Positions 1-11,858 are shown, counted from the first letter of the stretch. The stretch: DNA of 64,000 nt from an uncultured Acidobacteriota bacterium (GCA_963770895.1 CAVYRF010000002.1:1696001-1760000); one strand, 5' to 3'. Made by a program: numbers and translations. The notes: generated by a model from the letters alone, not told the origin.

Positions 1-17
1 GAAGGGCCAGCCCAGCC

Positions 18-1592
18 ATGAGTGAAAAGATGCTGATCGAAAGCGATCCGCACCAGACCCGCATCGCGGTTCTGGAAGACGATCGCCTCACCGAGATCTT
101 CGTCGAGCGCCGCCGCCACCGCGGCCTGGTGGGCAACGTCTACAAGGGCCGCGTGACGCGCGTGCTCCCCGGCATGCAGGCCGCCTTCGTCGACGTGGGG
201 CTGGAGCGCGACGCCTTCCTGTACGTCAGCGACGTGGCGGCCGACGTCGAAGCGATGGAAGACATCGAGATGGAAGAGGTGGGCGCCGACGAACCGGGCG
301 CCGCCGCCGCCGGCGCCGTGGTGCCCGACGGCGGCGCCGGCGCGACGTCCGGCCACGGCCATGGGGCGGGCGTGGCGGCGGCGGCGGTGCCCTCGATCGC
401 CGACCTGCTCAAACCGGGGCAGGAGATCATCGTGCAGGTGGTCAAGGACCCGCTGCCCAACAAGGGCGCGCGCATCAGCACCCACGTCACCCTGCCCGGC
501 CGCTACCTGGTGTTGCTGCCGACCGTCCGCCACTTCGGCGTGTCGCGCCGCATCGACGACGACGCCGAGCGCGAGCGCCTGCTGGGGCTGCTCAACCAGC
601 TGCCGCTCGCCGGCGGCGGCCTGATCGTGCGCACCGTCGGCGGCGGCCGCGGCCCCGAAGAGTTCGAAAGCGACCTGGTGTACCTGTCGAAGCTGTGGGA
701 AAAGATCCGCCAGCGCGCCGGCAAGGTGTCGGCGCCCACCCTGCTGCATCAGGACCTGGACCTGGCGCTGCGCGTGGTGCGCGACCTGCTCCGCCAGGAT
801 TTCACCGTCCTGTGGGTGGACGGCGAAGAGACCTATGAACGGATCGTGGAATTCCTCGACCAGGTGCAGCCGTCGCTGGTCGCCAAGGTGAAGCTGTTCC
901 GCCAGGGGGCGACCCTCTTCGAGCAGTTCGGCATCGAAGACCAGATCGAAGCGGCGCTCAAAACCAAGGTCTGGCTCAAGTCGGGCGGCTACATCGTGAT
1001 CAACCCGACCGAGGCGCTGGTGGCGATCGACGTCAACACCGGGCGCTTCGTCGGCCAGCGCAACCTCGAAGACACGGTGCTGCAAACCAACCTGGAGGCG
1101 GTGCAGGAGATCGTGCGCCAGATCCGTCTGCGCGACCTGGGCGGCATCATCGTCATCGACCTGATCGACATGGTGGAGCAGCCCCACCGCGAGATGGTCT
1201 TTTCCAGCCTCGAAAACGAGATCAAGAAAGACCGCGCCAAGACCAAGCTCCTCAACATCTCCGAATTCGGCCTGGTGGAGATCACCCGCAAGCGCAGCCG
1301 CGCCAACCTGGAGCGGCTGCTGACCCAACCCTGTCCGTACTGCGCCGGACGCGGGCGCATCAAGTCGCTCGCCACCATCTGCCTCAACCTGCGCAAGGAC
1401 CTGCTGCGTCTGCGCGGGCGCAGCATGGGGCACGGCGAGCTGCTGCTGCGGGTGCACCCGGAGATCGCCCGCGCCCTGCAGCGCGAAGAGCGCGCCATCC
1501 TCGACGAGCTGGAGCGCTCGCTGGAGGTGAAGCTGCTGCTGCAGAGCGATCCCGAGCTCCATCACGAGAGCTTCGACGTGGTGGAGGTCTAA
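18..1592 (+). CDS. rng: Rne/Rng family ribonuclease (RNase G/E-like)
   Basis: S1 region GNVYKGRVTRVLPGMQAAFVDVG, catalytic IDVNTG and GGIIVIDLIDM, Zn-link CPYCAGRG; 524 aa with no long RNase E C-terminal tail. Confidence 0.93.
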   Translation: MSEKMLIESDPHQTRIAVLEDDRLTEIFVERRRHRGLVGNVYKGRVTRVLPGMQAAFVDVGLERDAFLYVSDVAADVEAMEDIEMEEVGADEPGAAAAGAVVPDGGAGATSGHGHGAGVAAAAVPSIADLLKPGQEIIVQVVKDPLPNKGARISTHVTLPGRYLVLLPTVRHFGVSRRIDDDAERERLLGLLNQLPLAGGGLIVRTVGGGRGPEEFESDLVYLSKLWEKIRQRAGKVSAPTLLHQDLDLALRVVRDLLRQDFTVLWVDGEETYERIVEFLDQVQPSLVAKVKLFRQGATLFEQFGIEDQIEAALKTKVWLKSGGYIVINPTEALVAIDVNTGRFVGQRNLEDTVLQTNLEAVQEIVRQIRLRDLGGIIVIDLIDMVEQPHREMVFSSLENEIKKDRAKTKLLNISEFGLVEITRKRSRANLERLLTQPCPYCAGRGRIKSLATICLNLRKDLLRLRGRSMGHGELLLRVHPEIARALQREERAILDELERSLEVKLLLQSDPELHHESFDVVEV

Positions 1593-1593
1593 A

Positions 1594-3804
1594 ATTCCGG
1601 CGGTATCGCCCGGCGGCGACGGCGTTGCCTTTGCCTTCGCCGACTACACCGGCCAGGTCGCCGCCGGCTTCTGCCCGTGCGATCTGGAGCGCGAGCTGGC
1701 GCGGCTGGTGGATCCCGCCGCGGCGCAGCAGACGCTGCACTGGGGGCGCAACTACCTGTACGTGACGCGCTGCGATACCGCGGCGGGCCCGCTCGCGGCG
1801 GTGGTCAAGCAGTTCCGCCACCGCCACCTGCGCGACCGCTTGCGGCGGCGCTGGCACGGCAGCAAGGCGCTCAAGAGCTGGCGCATCGCCCAGGCCCTGC
1901 GCGCCGCGGGCATTGCCACGCCCGAGCCGCTGCTGCTCGCCGAGTCGCGGCGGCCGGACGGCCCCAGCTTCTACGTCTGCAGTTTTCTTGAGGGAAGCCT
2001 GGAGGCGCGCTACCTGCTGCGCGCCGCCAACGCCGGCCGCGAGGCGGAGCTGTTCCCCGACATCGACCTGCCCGGCTTCCTCGCCCGGCTGGGCGGCTTC
2101 GTGCGCCGGCTGCACGACGCGGGCTTCTGGCATCGCGACCTGTCGAGCGGCAACATCCTGCTGCGCCGGCCGCCCGATGCCGCCGCCGGCACGCCGCACG
2201 AGCTGTGGCTGGTCGATCTCAACCGCGCGCGCGCCGGCCGCCGGCTCGGACTTTTCGAGCGCGTACGCGACCTGTCGCGCATGAACCTGCTGCGGCGGGA
2301 GCACCAGGAGCAGTTCCTGGCCGGCTACTGGCAGCGCGAGGGCGGCCCGCCGGCGCTGGGGCGGGCCCTCTATCGCGCCTCCTTCCACGCCTTCCTGTGG
2401 AAAAACCAGCTCAAGAAGTGGCTGCGCGGGACGCGGCCGGCGGGCGCCGCGGCCGGCCTGGTGCGGGTGCCGCACGCCCACATCCCCGACCCGCCGGCGG
2501 GCGCGACGGCGCGCGACAAGATCGTCTGGGACCGGCTGTCCGACCAACCCCACCAGCATGCCGGCAAGCTCGCCAAGCTGCGGGTGCGGCTGGCCGACGT
2601 GCCCGGCCACGCGGCGGCGGCGGCGGTCGTCGCGCGCTCGCTGCCGCGCGTCCTGCGGCGCTACCGCGAGCTGCCGCGGGCCTTGTACGGCGGGCCGGTC
2701 GCCTGGGACGGCGCCGGGGTCTGCGTGCGGCCGTGGCCTGAAGCGCCCGAGGCGCTGGTGGCGCTGCTCGACCAGCTGGGGACGCGGCACGTGCTGCTGC
2801 GCCTCCACCCCTGGCAGGACGACCACGCCGACGAGGAGGCGCTCGCGGCCGAGCTGCACGCGCGCGGCTACGAGCTGACGTTCGCGCTGCCGCAGAACCG
2901 CGAGCTGGTGCGCGACCCGGCGCGCTGGCGCGCCTCGCTCGCCGCCCTGGGCGAGCGCTTCATCCCCTACGGGCCGCGCTTCCAGGTCGGCCAGGCGATC
3001 AACCGCAGCAAGTGGGGGGTGTGGAACCTGCGCGAGTACCTGGAGCTGGCGCGCGGCGCCCAGGAGGTGCTGCGCCGCCTGCAGCCGGACGTCCAGCTGT
3101 TCGGCCCGGCGGTCATCGACTTCGAATATCACGTCACCGTCGCGGTGCTCAACGCCGCCGGCGCCGGTTTCCATTTTGACGCGGTGTCGGCCCTGCTGTA
3201 CGTGGATCGCCGCGGCCTCCCCGAGGGGCGCCAGGCCGGCTTCGACACCATCGACAAGGTGCGCCTGCTGCGCGCCGTCGCCGACACCGCGCGCAACGCC
3301 AGCGGCCGCTGCTGGATCACCGAGATGAACTGGCCGCTGTGGGAAGGGCCGCACTCGCCGGCCGGCCGCGCCGTTTCGGTCGACGAGGAGGCGCAGGCCG
3401 ACTACCTGACACGCTACTTCCTGCTCACCCTGAGCACCGGTCTGGTCGAGCGCGTCTTCTGGTGGCAGCTTGCGGCACGCGGCTACGGCCTGGTCGACCC
3501 CGCCGACCCGCGGCGGCCGCGGTGCCGGCCGAGCTTTATCGCCTTTCGAACCCTGCTCGCCCAGCTGGCCGGCAGCCGCTGCGAAGAGGTGCTGCCGGCG
3601 GCGGCGGCGTGCCGCCTCTACCGTTTCCGCCGGCCCGACGGCAGCGACGTGGTGGCCGGCTGGAGCCTGGCCGGCGGCGGCAGGGCAACCCTGCCGCGGC
3701 CGGCGGTGCAGGTGATCGGGCGCGACGGCCAGTCGCTGGCCGCGGCCGGCGGCCGCGAGGTCGAAGTGGGGCCGTCGCCGGCCTACTTCCACCTCGCGGA
3801 CTGA
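1594..3804 (+). CDS. Kdo/WaaP/InaA-type kinase domain fused to a C-terminal GH-A-like TIM barrel
   Basis: Kinase motifs VVKQF, HRDLSSGNIL, LVDLN; C-terminal GPAVIDFEY and WITEMNWP. ORF track starts at GTG 1708, but the frame is open back to an ATT at 1594 preceded by GGAGG. Confidence 0.7.
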   Translation: MPAVSPGGDGVAFAFADYTGQVAAGFCPCDLERELARLVDPAAAQQTLHWGRNYLYVTRCDTAAGPLAAVVKQFRHRHLRDRLRRRWHGSKALKSWRIAQALRAAGIATPEPLLLAESRRPDGPSFYVCSFLEGSLEARYLLRAANAGREAELFPDIDLPGFLARLGGFVRRLHDAGFWHRDLSSGNILLRRPPDAAAGTPHELWLVDLNRARAGRRLGLFERVRDLSRMNLLRREHQEQFLAGYWQREGGPPALGRALYRASFHAFLWKNQLKKWLRGTRPAGAAAGLVRVPHAHIPDPPAGATARDKIVWDRLSDQPHQHAGKLAKLRVRLADVPGHAAAAAVVARSLPRVLRRYRELPRALYGGPVAWDGAGVCVRPWPEAPEALVALLDQLGTRHVLLRLHPWQDDHADEEALAAELHARGYELTFALPQNRELVRDPARWRASLAALGERFIPYGPRFQVGQAINRSKWGVWNLREYLELARGAQEVLRRLQPDVQLFGPAVIDFEYHVTVAVLNAAGAGFHFDAVSALLYVDRRGLPEGRQAGFDTIDKVRLLRAVADTARNASGRCWITEMNWPLWEGPHSPAGRAVSVDEEAQADYLTRYFLLTLSTGLVERVFWWQLAARGYGLVDPADPRRPRCRPSFIAFRTLLAQLAGSRCEEVLPAAAACRLYRFRRPDGSDVVAGWSLAGGGRATLPRPAVQVIGRDGQSLAAAGGREVEVGPSPAYFHLAD

Positions 3805-3817
3805 CGGGCCGCGGGCG

Positions 3818-5363
3818 CTACTTTTCGAACATCTTCGCCACCGGCACGACGTCGATCGACGTCGGTTTCAACGGCAGGGCGATGATCGATTTGTCGACGG
3901 CCAGCACTTCGTCGGAGACCTTGCTGTTGTAAGTCTTGGGGCTGGGCGCGTCGCCTTGCAACAGCTCCTTGAGCGCGCCGGCGTGGGCGGTCACGATCAC
4001 CGCGTCAAAGTTGTCGGTCGTCAGGTACTTGGCCGCCGCCTGGTTGACGTCCGCCAGGGTGAGCTCCTTCAAGCGGCGCTCCACCTCGTCGATGAAATAG
4101 GGCGTGCCGTAGTAGCGGCTGTCCATCGCAAAGCCGAGCCGCACCGACAGGTCCTGCACCCACAGCTTCGAATAGTTGATCAGGAAGTTGCGCGTCAGGT
4201 CGAACTCCCGCTGCGTCAGTCCCTGCGTCTGGACGCGGCGCACCTCGTAGATGGCGGCGCGCAGGGCGAACTGGGCGTCGGCCGGCACCACCGGGCGCAC
4301 CCACACCGAAAAGTACTGCTGGTGGCGCGGCACGTTGGGAGTGGGGGTGGAGGTGAAGGGGGGCGAATCGTAATACTCGATGTAGGAGTAGTCGCCGTAG
4401 TTGAGGCCGCGCAGCACACGCAGCTGGGCCATCAGGAAGCCGCTGAAGGTGCGGTGCTCGCCCAGGAAGCTGTTGGCGACCATCAGGGGGTAGTAGTCGG
4501 CGTCCCGGCGGGTGAGAGGCAGCGGCAGGCCGAAGTTGATGCCCACCGACGCCGTCTCCTTGTCGATCAGGGTGAAATGCCTGCCGGTGACCGGCGCCGG
4601 CGCCGCCACCTTGCGCACCACGTGGGTGCCGGCCGGCAGCCCCTTGAGGTCGCGGGCGATCTGGACGGCGAAGCCGTGCGGGTAGCCGCCGGCGACGCCG
4701 ATCGTCAGGTTCGCCTTGGTGTAGTGCGAGCGGTAGAACTCCCGCACGTCGTCCAGGGTGATGTTGCCGAGCCCGGTGACGGTGCCGACCGCCGAGTGGC
4801 CGTAGGGGTGCCCGGCGAAGATCTGGTCCTGCAAGGCTTCCAGGCCCAGCAGCTCGTCGTCGCCGCTGCGCAGCGTGTCGTTCAGGTAGGACAGCTGCTG
4901 AGCCTTGTTGCGCTTGAAGTCGGCTTCCGCAAAGCCGGGGCTGAGCAGCGCCTCTTCCAGGAGGCGGGTGTAGGTGGCGACCGATTCGCGCGTCACGGTG
5001 CCTGAAAACACCGTCACTTCGCGGTCCACCGAGCCGTCGATCTCGGCGGCCAGCGGATACAGGTCGTGCAGCAGCTGGTTGTAGGAGCGGTGCGCGGTCC
5101 CGGCCTGCGCCACCATCAGCGCCGTCAGTCCGGCCAGCCCTTCCTTGCCCGGCGGGTCGTCCATCGAGCCGGCGCGGAACAGCAGGCGGATGGCGACCAG
5201 CGGCGAAGCGGGGCTCGGCACCTCGACGCGCTCGGGCGCGCCAAAGTCTTCCGCCGCCCTGGCCGGCGCGGCGAAGGTGAGCATGCCGGCCGGCAACGCC
5301 GCCAGCGCCAGGAGCGCGGCGCACCGCAGGCCGGCGCGGCCAGGGCGGCGGCGGGAGCAGTCT

Positions 5364-5380
<17 letters not shown>
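3818..5380 (-). CDS. M16 family peptidase, non-catalytic partner subunit (secreted)
   Basis: AGSMDDPPGKEGLAGLTALM lacks HxxEH; LRVLRGLNYG R/Y motif; signal peptide; overlaps the upstream M16 gene. Confidence 0.88.
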
Positions 5381-6857
<1,477 letters not shown>

Positions 6858-6935
6858 GTGCAACCTCCTTCCGGCACAGTCTTCAGGATCGGCCGGTTTC
6901 CCGAAAAGGGCGGCTCATCTTATCCTAGTGACCCT

Positions 6936-8369
6936 ATGCGCCGGCTCACGCCTCCGCCTCCGCTCTCGCCGGGAGCCCCGCGCCAGTCCCGGCGCCGGCC
7001 GCGCCGCGGCGGGTGGTCCGCCGCCGGCGCCGCGTTGCGGGTCGGGGGGCTGTGGGGCCTGGCGCTGCTGGCCGCGGCCGCCGGGTTTGCCGGTGGCGGC
7101 GCACCGCCGGCGCGCGCGGCGGGCGTTCCCGGCGGTGGCGGCGCGGGCGTCGGCGCGCGGCGCACGCCGGTGGTCGCCGTGGCGGAGAAGGTTTCGCCGG
7201 CGGTGGTCAACATCGCGGCGGAATCGATCGTGCGCGAAGCCGACCCCTTCTTCGGCGGCATCTTCACGCCGCAGCGGCGGGCGCAGTCGTTGGGTTCGGG
7301 GCTGATCATCGCGCCCACCGGCATCGTGCTGACCAACGCGCACGTGATCGAGGGGGCGTCGCGCATCGTCGTCACCCTGCTCGACGGCCGCGAGCTGGAG
7401 GCCGACGTGCTGGGCTCGGACCGCGACGCCGACCTGGCGGTGCTCAAGGTGGGCGCCAAGAACCTGCCGGCGGTCTCGCTCGGCAAGAGCTCCGACCTGA
7501 TGATCGGCGAAACGGTGGTGGCGATCGGCAACCCGTTCGGCCTCTCCCACACCGTCACCATGGGGGTGCTGTCGGCGGTGGGGCGCACCGTCCCCTCGGA
7601 GCGCGGCGAGCGGCTGTTCACCGACTTCCTGCAGACCGACGCCTCGATCAATCCCGGCAACTCCGGCGGCCCGCTGGTCAACATCCTGGGTGAGGTCATC
7701 GGCATCAACGCGGCCATCGTCTCGGGCGCCAACGGCATCGGCTTCGCCATCCCCGCCGACCGCGCGCGCCGCGTGGTCGAGGACCTGCTGCGCTACGGCG
7801 AGCTGCGGCCGGTATGGAGCGGCGCGCGCCTGCTCACCGTCGACGGCGAGCTGGCGCGGCGCTACCAGCTGGCGGTCAAGCACGGCGCGCTGGTGTTCAA
7901 GGTCTACCCCGGATCGCCCGCGGCCGGCGCCGGCCTGGAAGAAAAAGACGTCATCGTGGCGGCCGCCGGGCACGCGGTGGGGACGCGCGAAGACGTCATC
8001 ACCGCCATCTACACCGTGCCGGCCGACAGCCCCATTCCGCTGGAGATCAAGCGCGGCGCGCACACCGTCAAGGTGGTGCTGCGCACCGCGGCGCCGCCGC
8101 GCGGCACCGGCCTGTCCGTGCTGGAGCGCAGCGTCGGCCTGGTGGTGGGCAGCAGCCGCGGCAAGCTGGTCGTGCAACGCGTCGTCCGCGGCACGCCGGC
8201 CGACCGCCGCGGGCTGGAAGAGGGCGACGTCGTGCTCGGCGCCAACGGCCAGCGCCTCACCTCGCCGGAAGACCTGGGCCGCGAGGTGCTGCGCGGCATG
8301 GACCGCGGCAGCCTGCTGCTCGCCGTCGAACGCGGCGTCTTCGTCTACAACCTCGACTTCGAGCTATGA
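6936..8369 (+). CDS. HtrA/DegP-like serine protease with two PDZ domains
   Basis: LTNAHVI, DLAVLK and INPGNSGGPL triad motifs plus two PDZ-like segments; likely start is ATG 6936 inside the long 5145 ORF. Confidence 0.92.
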   Translation: MRRLTPPPPLSPGAPRQSRRRPRRGGWSAAGAALRVGGLWGLALLAAAAGFAGGGAPPARAAGVPGGGGAGVGARRTPVVAVAEKVSPAVVNIAAESIVREADPFFGGIFTPQRRAQSLGSGLIIAPTGIVLTNAHVIEGASRIVVTLLDGRELEADVLGSDRDADLAVLKVGAKNLPAVSLGKSSDLMIGETVVAIGNPFGLSHTVTMGVLSAVGRTVPSERGERLFTDFLQTDASINPGNSGGPLVNILGEVIGINAAIVSGANGIGFAIPADRARRVVEDLLRYGELRPVWSGARLLTVDGELARRYQLAVKHGALVFKVYPGSPAAGAGLEEKDVIVAAAGHAVGTREDVITAIYTVPADSPIPLEIKRGAHTVKVVLRTAAPPRGTGLSVLERSVGLVVGSSRGKLVVQRVVRGTPADRRGLEEGDVVLGANGQRLTSPEDLGREVLRGMDRGSLLLAVERGVFVYNLDFEL

Positions 8370-9007
8370 GCGCCATAGCGGGCCACCGCGTCGCGCTGCT
8401 GGTGTCGGGGGCTTCGGGGATGCTGCTGCCGCGGCACGTCCTGGGGCGGCTTGCCGCGCACCCCGCCATCGCCCGCATCCACCTGGTGGTCTCGGCCGGC
8501 GCCAGCCAGGTGCTGCGGCACGAGCTGGGCGCCGAACGCACCGGCGCCGCCGACCTGGCCGCCGCGGCGGGCCTGGAAGGCGCGGCGCTGGCGAAGCTGT
8601 GCTATCACCGCGACGGCGAGCTGGACGCGGCGATCGCCTCGGGTTCCTACCGGCTGACCGGCACCGCGGTCCTGCCCTGCAGCGCGGGGACGCTGGGCGC
8701 CCTGGCCACAGGCTCGGCCCGCACCCTGGTCCACCGCGCCGGGGCGGTGGCGCTCAAGGAGGGCTGGCCGCTGGTGCTCGGCTTTCGCGAGACCCCCTAC
8801 AGCCTGGTGCACATCGAGAACATGCGGCGCCTGGTGGTGGCCGGCGCCGTCCTGATGCCGCCGGTGCCGGCGTTCTATATCGGCGGCGAAGACATCGGCC
8901 GCTTCCTGGATCACTACACGCTGCGCCTGCTCGATCACTTCCGGCTGCCGGCGGAAGGGTCGTCGGGCCTGCGCTGGGGCGGTGAAGAGGGCGGCGACGC
9001 CGGGTAG
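8366..9007 (+). CDS. ubiX: UbiX flavin prenyltransferase
   Basis: VSGASG, IASGS, PCSAGTL, RETP and PPVPAFY motifs; ATGA overlap with the htrA stop. Confidence 0.92.
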   Translation: MSAIAGHRVALLVSGASGMLLPRHVLGRLAAHPAIARIHLVVSAGASQVLRHELGAERTGAADLAAAAGLEGAALAKLCYHRDGELDAAIASGSYRLTGTAVLPCSAGTLGALATGSARTLVHRAGAVALKEGWPLVLGFRETPYSLVHIENMRRLVVAGAVLMPPVPAFYIGGEDIGRFLDHYTLRLLDHFRLPAEGSSGLRWGGEEGGDAG

Positions 9008-10332
9008 CTGGCGCCCGCGGCGTCCCGGCGGGCGAGCTGCGCGCCTTCGCTGGCCAGGTCGACCTTGGTGATGTCGGGGCGGAAGAACAGCGCCAGCGTC
9101 CAGTCGGCGACGATGCGCACCCGCCGGCTCCAGCGCGGCATCTGCAGCAGGTAGTACGTCCGCCGCACCCACCACGCCACGAAGCCGCGCACCGGCAAGC
9201 CCAGTACCGAGCCCAGGCCGCGGGCGTGCCCGAGCGAGGCCAGGACGCCCAGCGACCGGTAGACGAACGGCTGCGGCGGCGCGCCGCGGGTGAGCGCGCC
9301 ATGGAGGTTGCGCGCCAGCACCTTGGCCTGGCGCATGGCGTGCTGCGCCAGGTAGGGGTAGGGCTTGCCGGTCGGGTCCGGCACCGTGGCGCAGTCGCCC
9401 AGCACCCACACCTCGGGGCGCTCGCGCGAGCGCAGGGCGGCGTCCACCAGCAGGTGACCCGCCCGGTCGCGGGCCAGCGGCAGCGCCGCGGCAAGCGGGT
9501 TGGGCGCGATGCCGGCGGCGAGCACCACGGTGTCGGCAGCGATCGATTCGCCTTCCATGCGCACCAGGCCGGGCTCGATCGCCAGCACCGGCGCGGAGGT
9601 GCGCAGCACGGCGCCGCGCCGGCCGGCCAGCGTCCTGACCGCATAGGCAGCCAGCGTTTCGGGCACCTCGGGCAGGATGCGGTCGATCGCCTGCAGCAGG
9701 AAGAAGCGCGCCTCGCCGCGGTCGACGCGCGGGTAGTAGCGGGCGATCTGATCGGCGAAGGCGGTCATCTCGCCAAACAGCTCGACGCCGACCAGGCCGC
9801 CGCCCACCACCACGAACGTCAGCAGGCGCTGGCGGCGCTCGGCGCCGGTTTCGGCGTCGGCGCGCTCGAAGCGTTCGATCATGTGGTCTCGCAACAGCAA
9901 GGCGTCCGCCACGGTCTTGAAGGTGAACGCCGCCTCGGAGCCCGGGATCAGGGCGCGGTTGGTGACGGCGCCCAGCGCCAGCACCAGCTGATCGTAGGGC
10001 AGCTCGTACGCTGCGCCCTCGGCCGGCGCGGCGACGACCACGCGCCGCGCGAGGTCGATGCGCTCGACCGTCGCCTCGACGAAACGCGAGCGGCGTACGA
10101 AGTCGCGCACCGGCAGCGAACAGTGCCGCAGCTCGAGCGTCCCCGAAAACGCCTCGAACAGCAGCGGCGTCATCAGAAAAAAATTGTCGCGGCAGACCAG
10201 GGTGATTTCGACCGCGGGTGCGGGGAGCGCCAGCTGCGCCGCAAAAAACCTTTCCAAATGGCGCGTCGCCCACAGGCCGCCGAAGCCGCCGCCGAGCACC
10301 AGGATACGGGTCACGCGCGGAGCATCGCTCAT
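8935..10332 (-). CDS. Type II NADH dehydrogenase-like NAD(P)/FAD oxidoreductase
   Basis: GGGFGG and VVVGGGLVGVE dinucleotide folds, GDCA, AQHAMRQ. Confidence 0.9.
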   Translation of the reverse strand: MSDAPRVTRILVLGGGFGGLWATRHLERFFAAQLALPAPAVEITLVCRDNFFLMTPLLFEAFSGTLELRHCSLPVRDFVRRSRFVEATVERIDLARRVVVAAPAEGAAYELPYDQLVLALGAVTNRALIPGSEAAFTFKTVADALLLRDHMIERFERADAETGAERRQRLLTFVVVGGGLVGVELFGEMTAFADQIARYYPRVDRGEARFFLLQAIDRILPEVPETLAAYAVRTLAGRRGAVLRTSAPVLAIEPGLVRMEGESIAADTVVLAAGIAPNPLAAALPLARDRAGHLLVDAALRSRERPEVWVLGDCATVPDPTGKPYPYLAQHAMRQAKVLARNLHGALTRGAPPQPFVYRSLGVLASLGHARGLGSVLGLPVRGFVAWWVRRTYYLLQMPRWSRRVRIVADWTLALFFRPDITKVDLASEGAQLARRDAAGASYPASPPSSPPQRRPDDPSAGSRK

Positions 10333-10393
10333 GCCGCCATTCCATCACACTCGTCGTTTGACCCTTCGCGAGCCATCGCTTACGATCGCTTGC

Positions 10394-11146
10394 ATGCCGC
10401 CGCAGGTCCAGGGCACGCCGCAGGAACTATTCGGTCCGCTCGACCTGGCGGAGAGCAGGCACGCGCCGGCGCGGCTCTTCGCGGCCGGCGACGTCGCACT
10501 GTTGCGGCAGGGCGCGCGCGTCGCCATCGTCGGGTCGCGCCGGGCGTCCGCCGCCGGTCTGCGCCGCGCGCGCAAGCTGGCGGCGCAGCTGGCGCGCCAG
10601 GGCGTGACCGTGGTCAGCGGCCTGGCCGAAGGGATCGATGCCGCGGCGCACCAGGCCGCCCTGGCCGCCGGCGGACGCACCATCGCCGTCCTGGGCACGC
10701 CGCTCGACCGCGTGTACCCGCGCTGCCACCGGCAACTGCAGCAGCGCATCATCGCCGACCACCTGGCGCTGACGCAGTTCGCCCCCGGCGCGGCGGTGGC
10801 GAAAAGCAACTTCCCCTGCCGCAACCGGCTGATGGCGTTGATCGCGCACGCCACCGTCATCATCGAGGCGGGCGACGACAGCGGCGCCCTGGCGCAGGGC
10901 TGGGAGGCTTTGCGCCTGGGCCGGCCGCTGTTCATTCCGCAGTCCACGCTAGAAGACGCCGGCCTGACCTGGCCGCGACGGATGCTGCACCACGGGGCGC
11001 AGGCGCTGACGGCCACCAGCTCGGTGACCCGCCAGCTGCCCATGCTCGCGAGCCCGGAGATCGCCCAGGCTTGCCGGGAAGCCCCGGCGATCCCGGCGCC
11101 CCGTCAGGGCGCTCGCCTGCCGGCAGCGGTTGCTGTCCCTATCTAG
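10394..11146 (+). CDS. DprA/Smf (SLOG) domain protein, core domain only
   Basis: VAIVGSRRAS, VSGLAEGIDAAAH, FPCRNRLM, EAGDDSGAL; ATG at 10394. Confidence 0.88.
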   Translation: MPPQVQGTPQELFGPLDLAESRHAPARLFAAGDVALLRQGARVAIVGSRRASAAGLRRARKLAAQLARQGVTVVSGLAEGIDAAAHQAALAAGGRTIAVLGTPLDRVYPRCHRQLQQRIIADHLALTQFAPGAAVAKSNFPCRNRLMALIAHATVIIEAGDDSGALAQGWEALRLGRPLFIPQSTLEDAGLTWPRRMLHHGAQALTATSSVTRQLPMLASPEIAQACREAPAIPAPRQGARLPAAVAVPI

Positions 11147-11825
11147 CCTCGCCTTCGGCTCGTATCTGACCTACTCACCGCACGGCACGGCGCCCGCGGA
11201 GCTGGCGTCGGCCGAAGTGTGCAGGCAGATCAAGCGCGACGGCCTCCTGGGCAGGGGGCTGCCGGCCATTCCCTACGTGGTCCGGCGCGTCCGCCTCACC
11301 CTGGGCCTGGCGCCGGCGCTGGCCGAGCTGCTCGCCGCCGGGCCGGTGCTGGTGCCCATGCCGGGCTGCGAGCCGCTGCCGGCGCGGCGCCCGGGCGCCG
11401 TGTGGGTGCCGCGCCGCATCTGCCAGGAGCTGCTCCTCATGCGCCTGGGCAGCCGCATGGAGCCGCTGTTGCAGCGCCGCCAGCCGGTCGCCAAATCCGC
11501 CCTGGCCCGCCGGGGCAGGCGGCCGGGGGTCCGCGAGCAGTACGAATCCCTGGCCGTGGCGGCGCGCGCCGCCGAGCGGGCGGCTGCCGTCACCCACATC
11601 CTGCTGGTCGACGACGTCGTCACCCGCGGCGCCACCCTGCTGGCCGGCGCCTGCCGCCTGGCCGAAGCCTTTCCGCAAGCCGACGTGCGCGCCTTCGCCC
11701 TGGTCAGGACCCAATTCGCAACCGGCCACCCGCGCGGCCGGCAGACCTTCCGCTCCCTGGTCGATCCCGTCGTCTCGCGGCTCACCCTCGACCGCCTGGG
11801 CCGCGTCTGGCGGCGGGACCGCTGA
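11130..11825 (+). CDS. Type I phosphoribosyltransferase (ComF/ShosT-like)
   Basis: PRPP-binding loop ILLVDDVVTRGATL; LVPMP; overlaps the dprA-like gene. Confidence 0.85.
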   Translation: MLSLSSLAFGSYLTYSPHGTAPAELASAEVCRQIKRDGLLGRGLPAIPYVVRRVRLTLGLAPALAELLAAGPVLVPMPGCEPLPARRPGAVWVPRRICQELLLMRLGSRMEPLLQRRQPVAKSALARRGRRPGVREQYESLAVAARAAERAAAVTHILLVDDVVTRGATLLAGACRLAEAFPQADVRAFALVRTQFATGHPRGRQTFRSLVDPVVSRLTLDRLGRVWRRDR

Positions 11826-11858
11826 TCCGAGAAGAGCAACGGCGATGTAGAATGCGGC

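Noticed and set aside
1384-3792. 802-aa minus-strand ORF and similar long overlapping ORFs (11219-14410, 30833-33649, 44104-46653)
   Set aside because: Stop-poor alternative frames over genes that have clear family motifs
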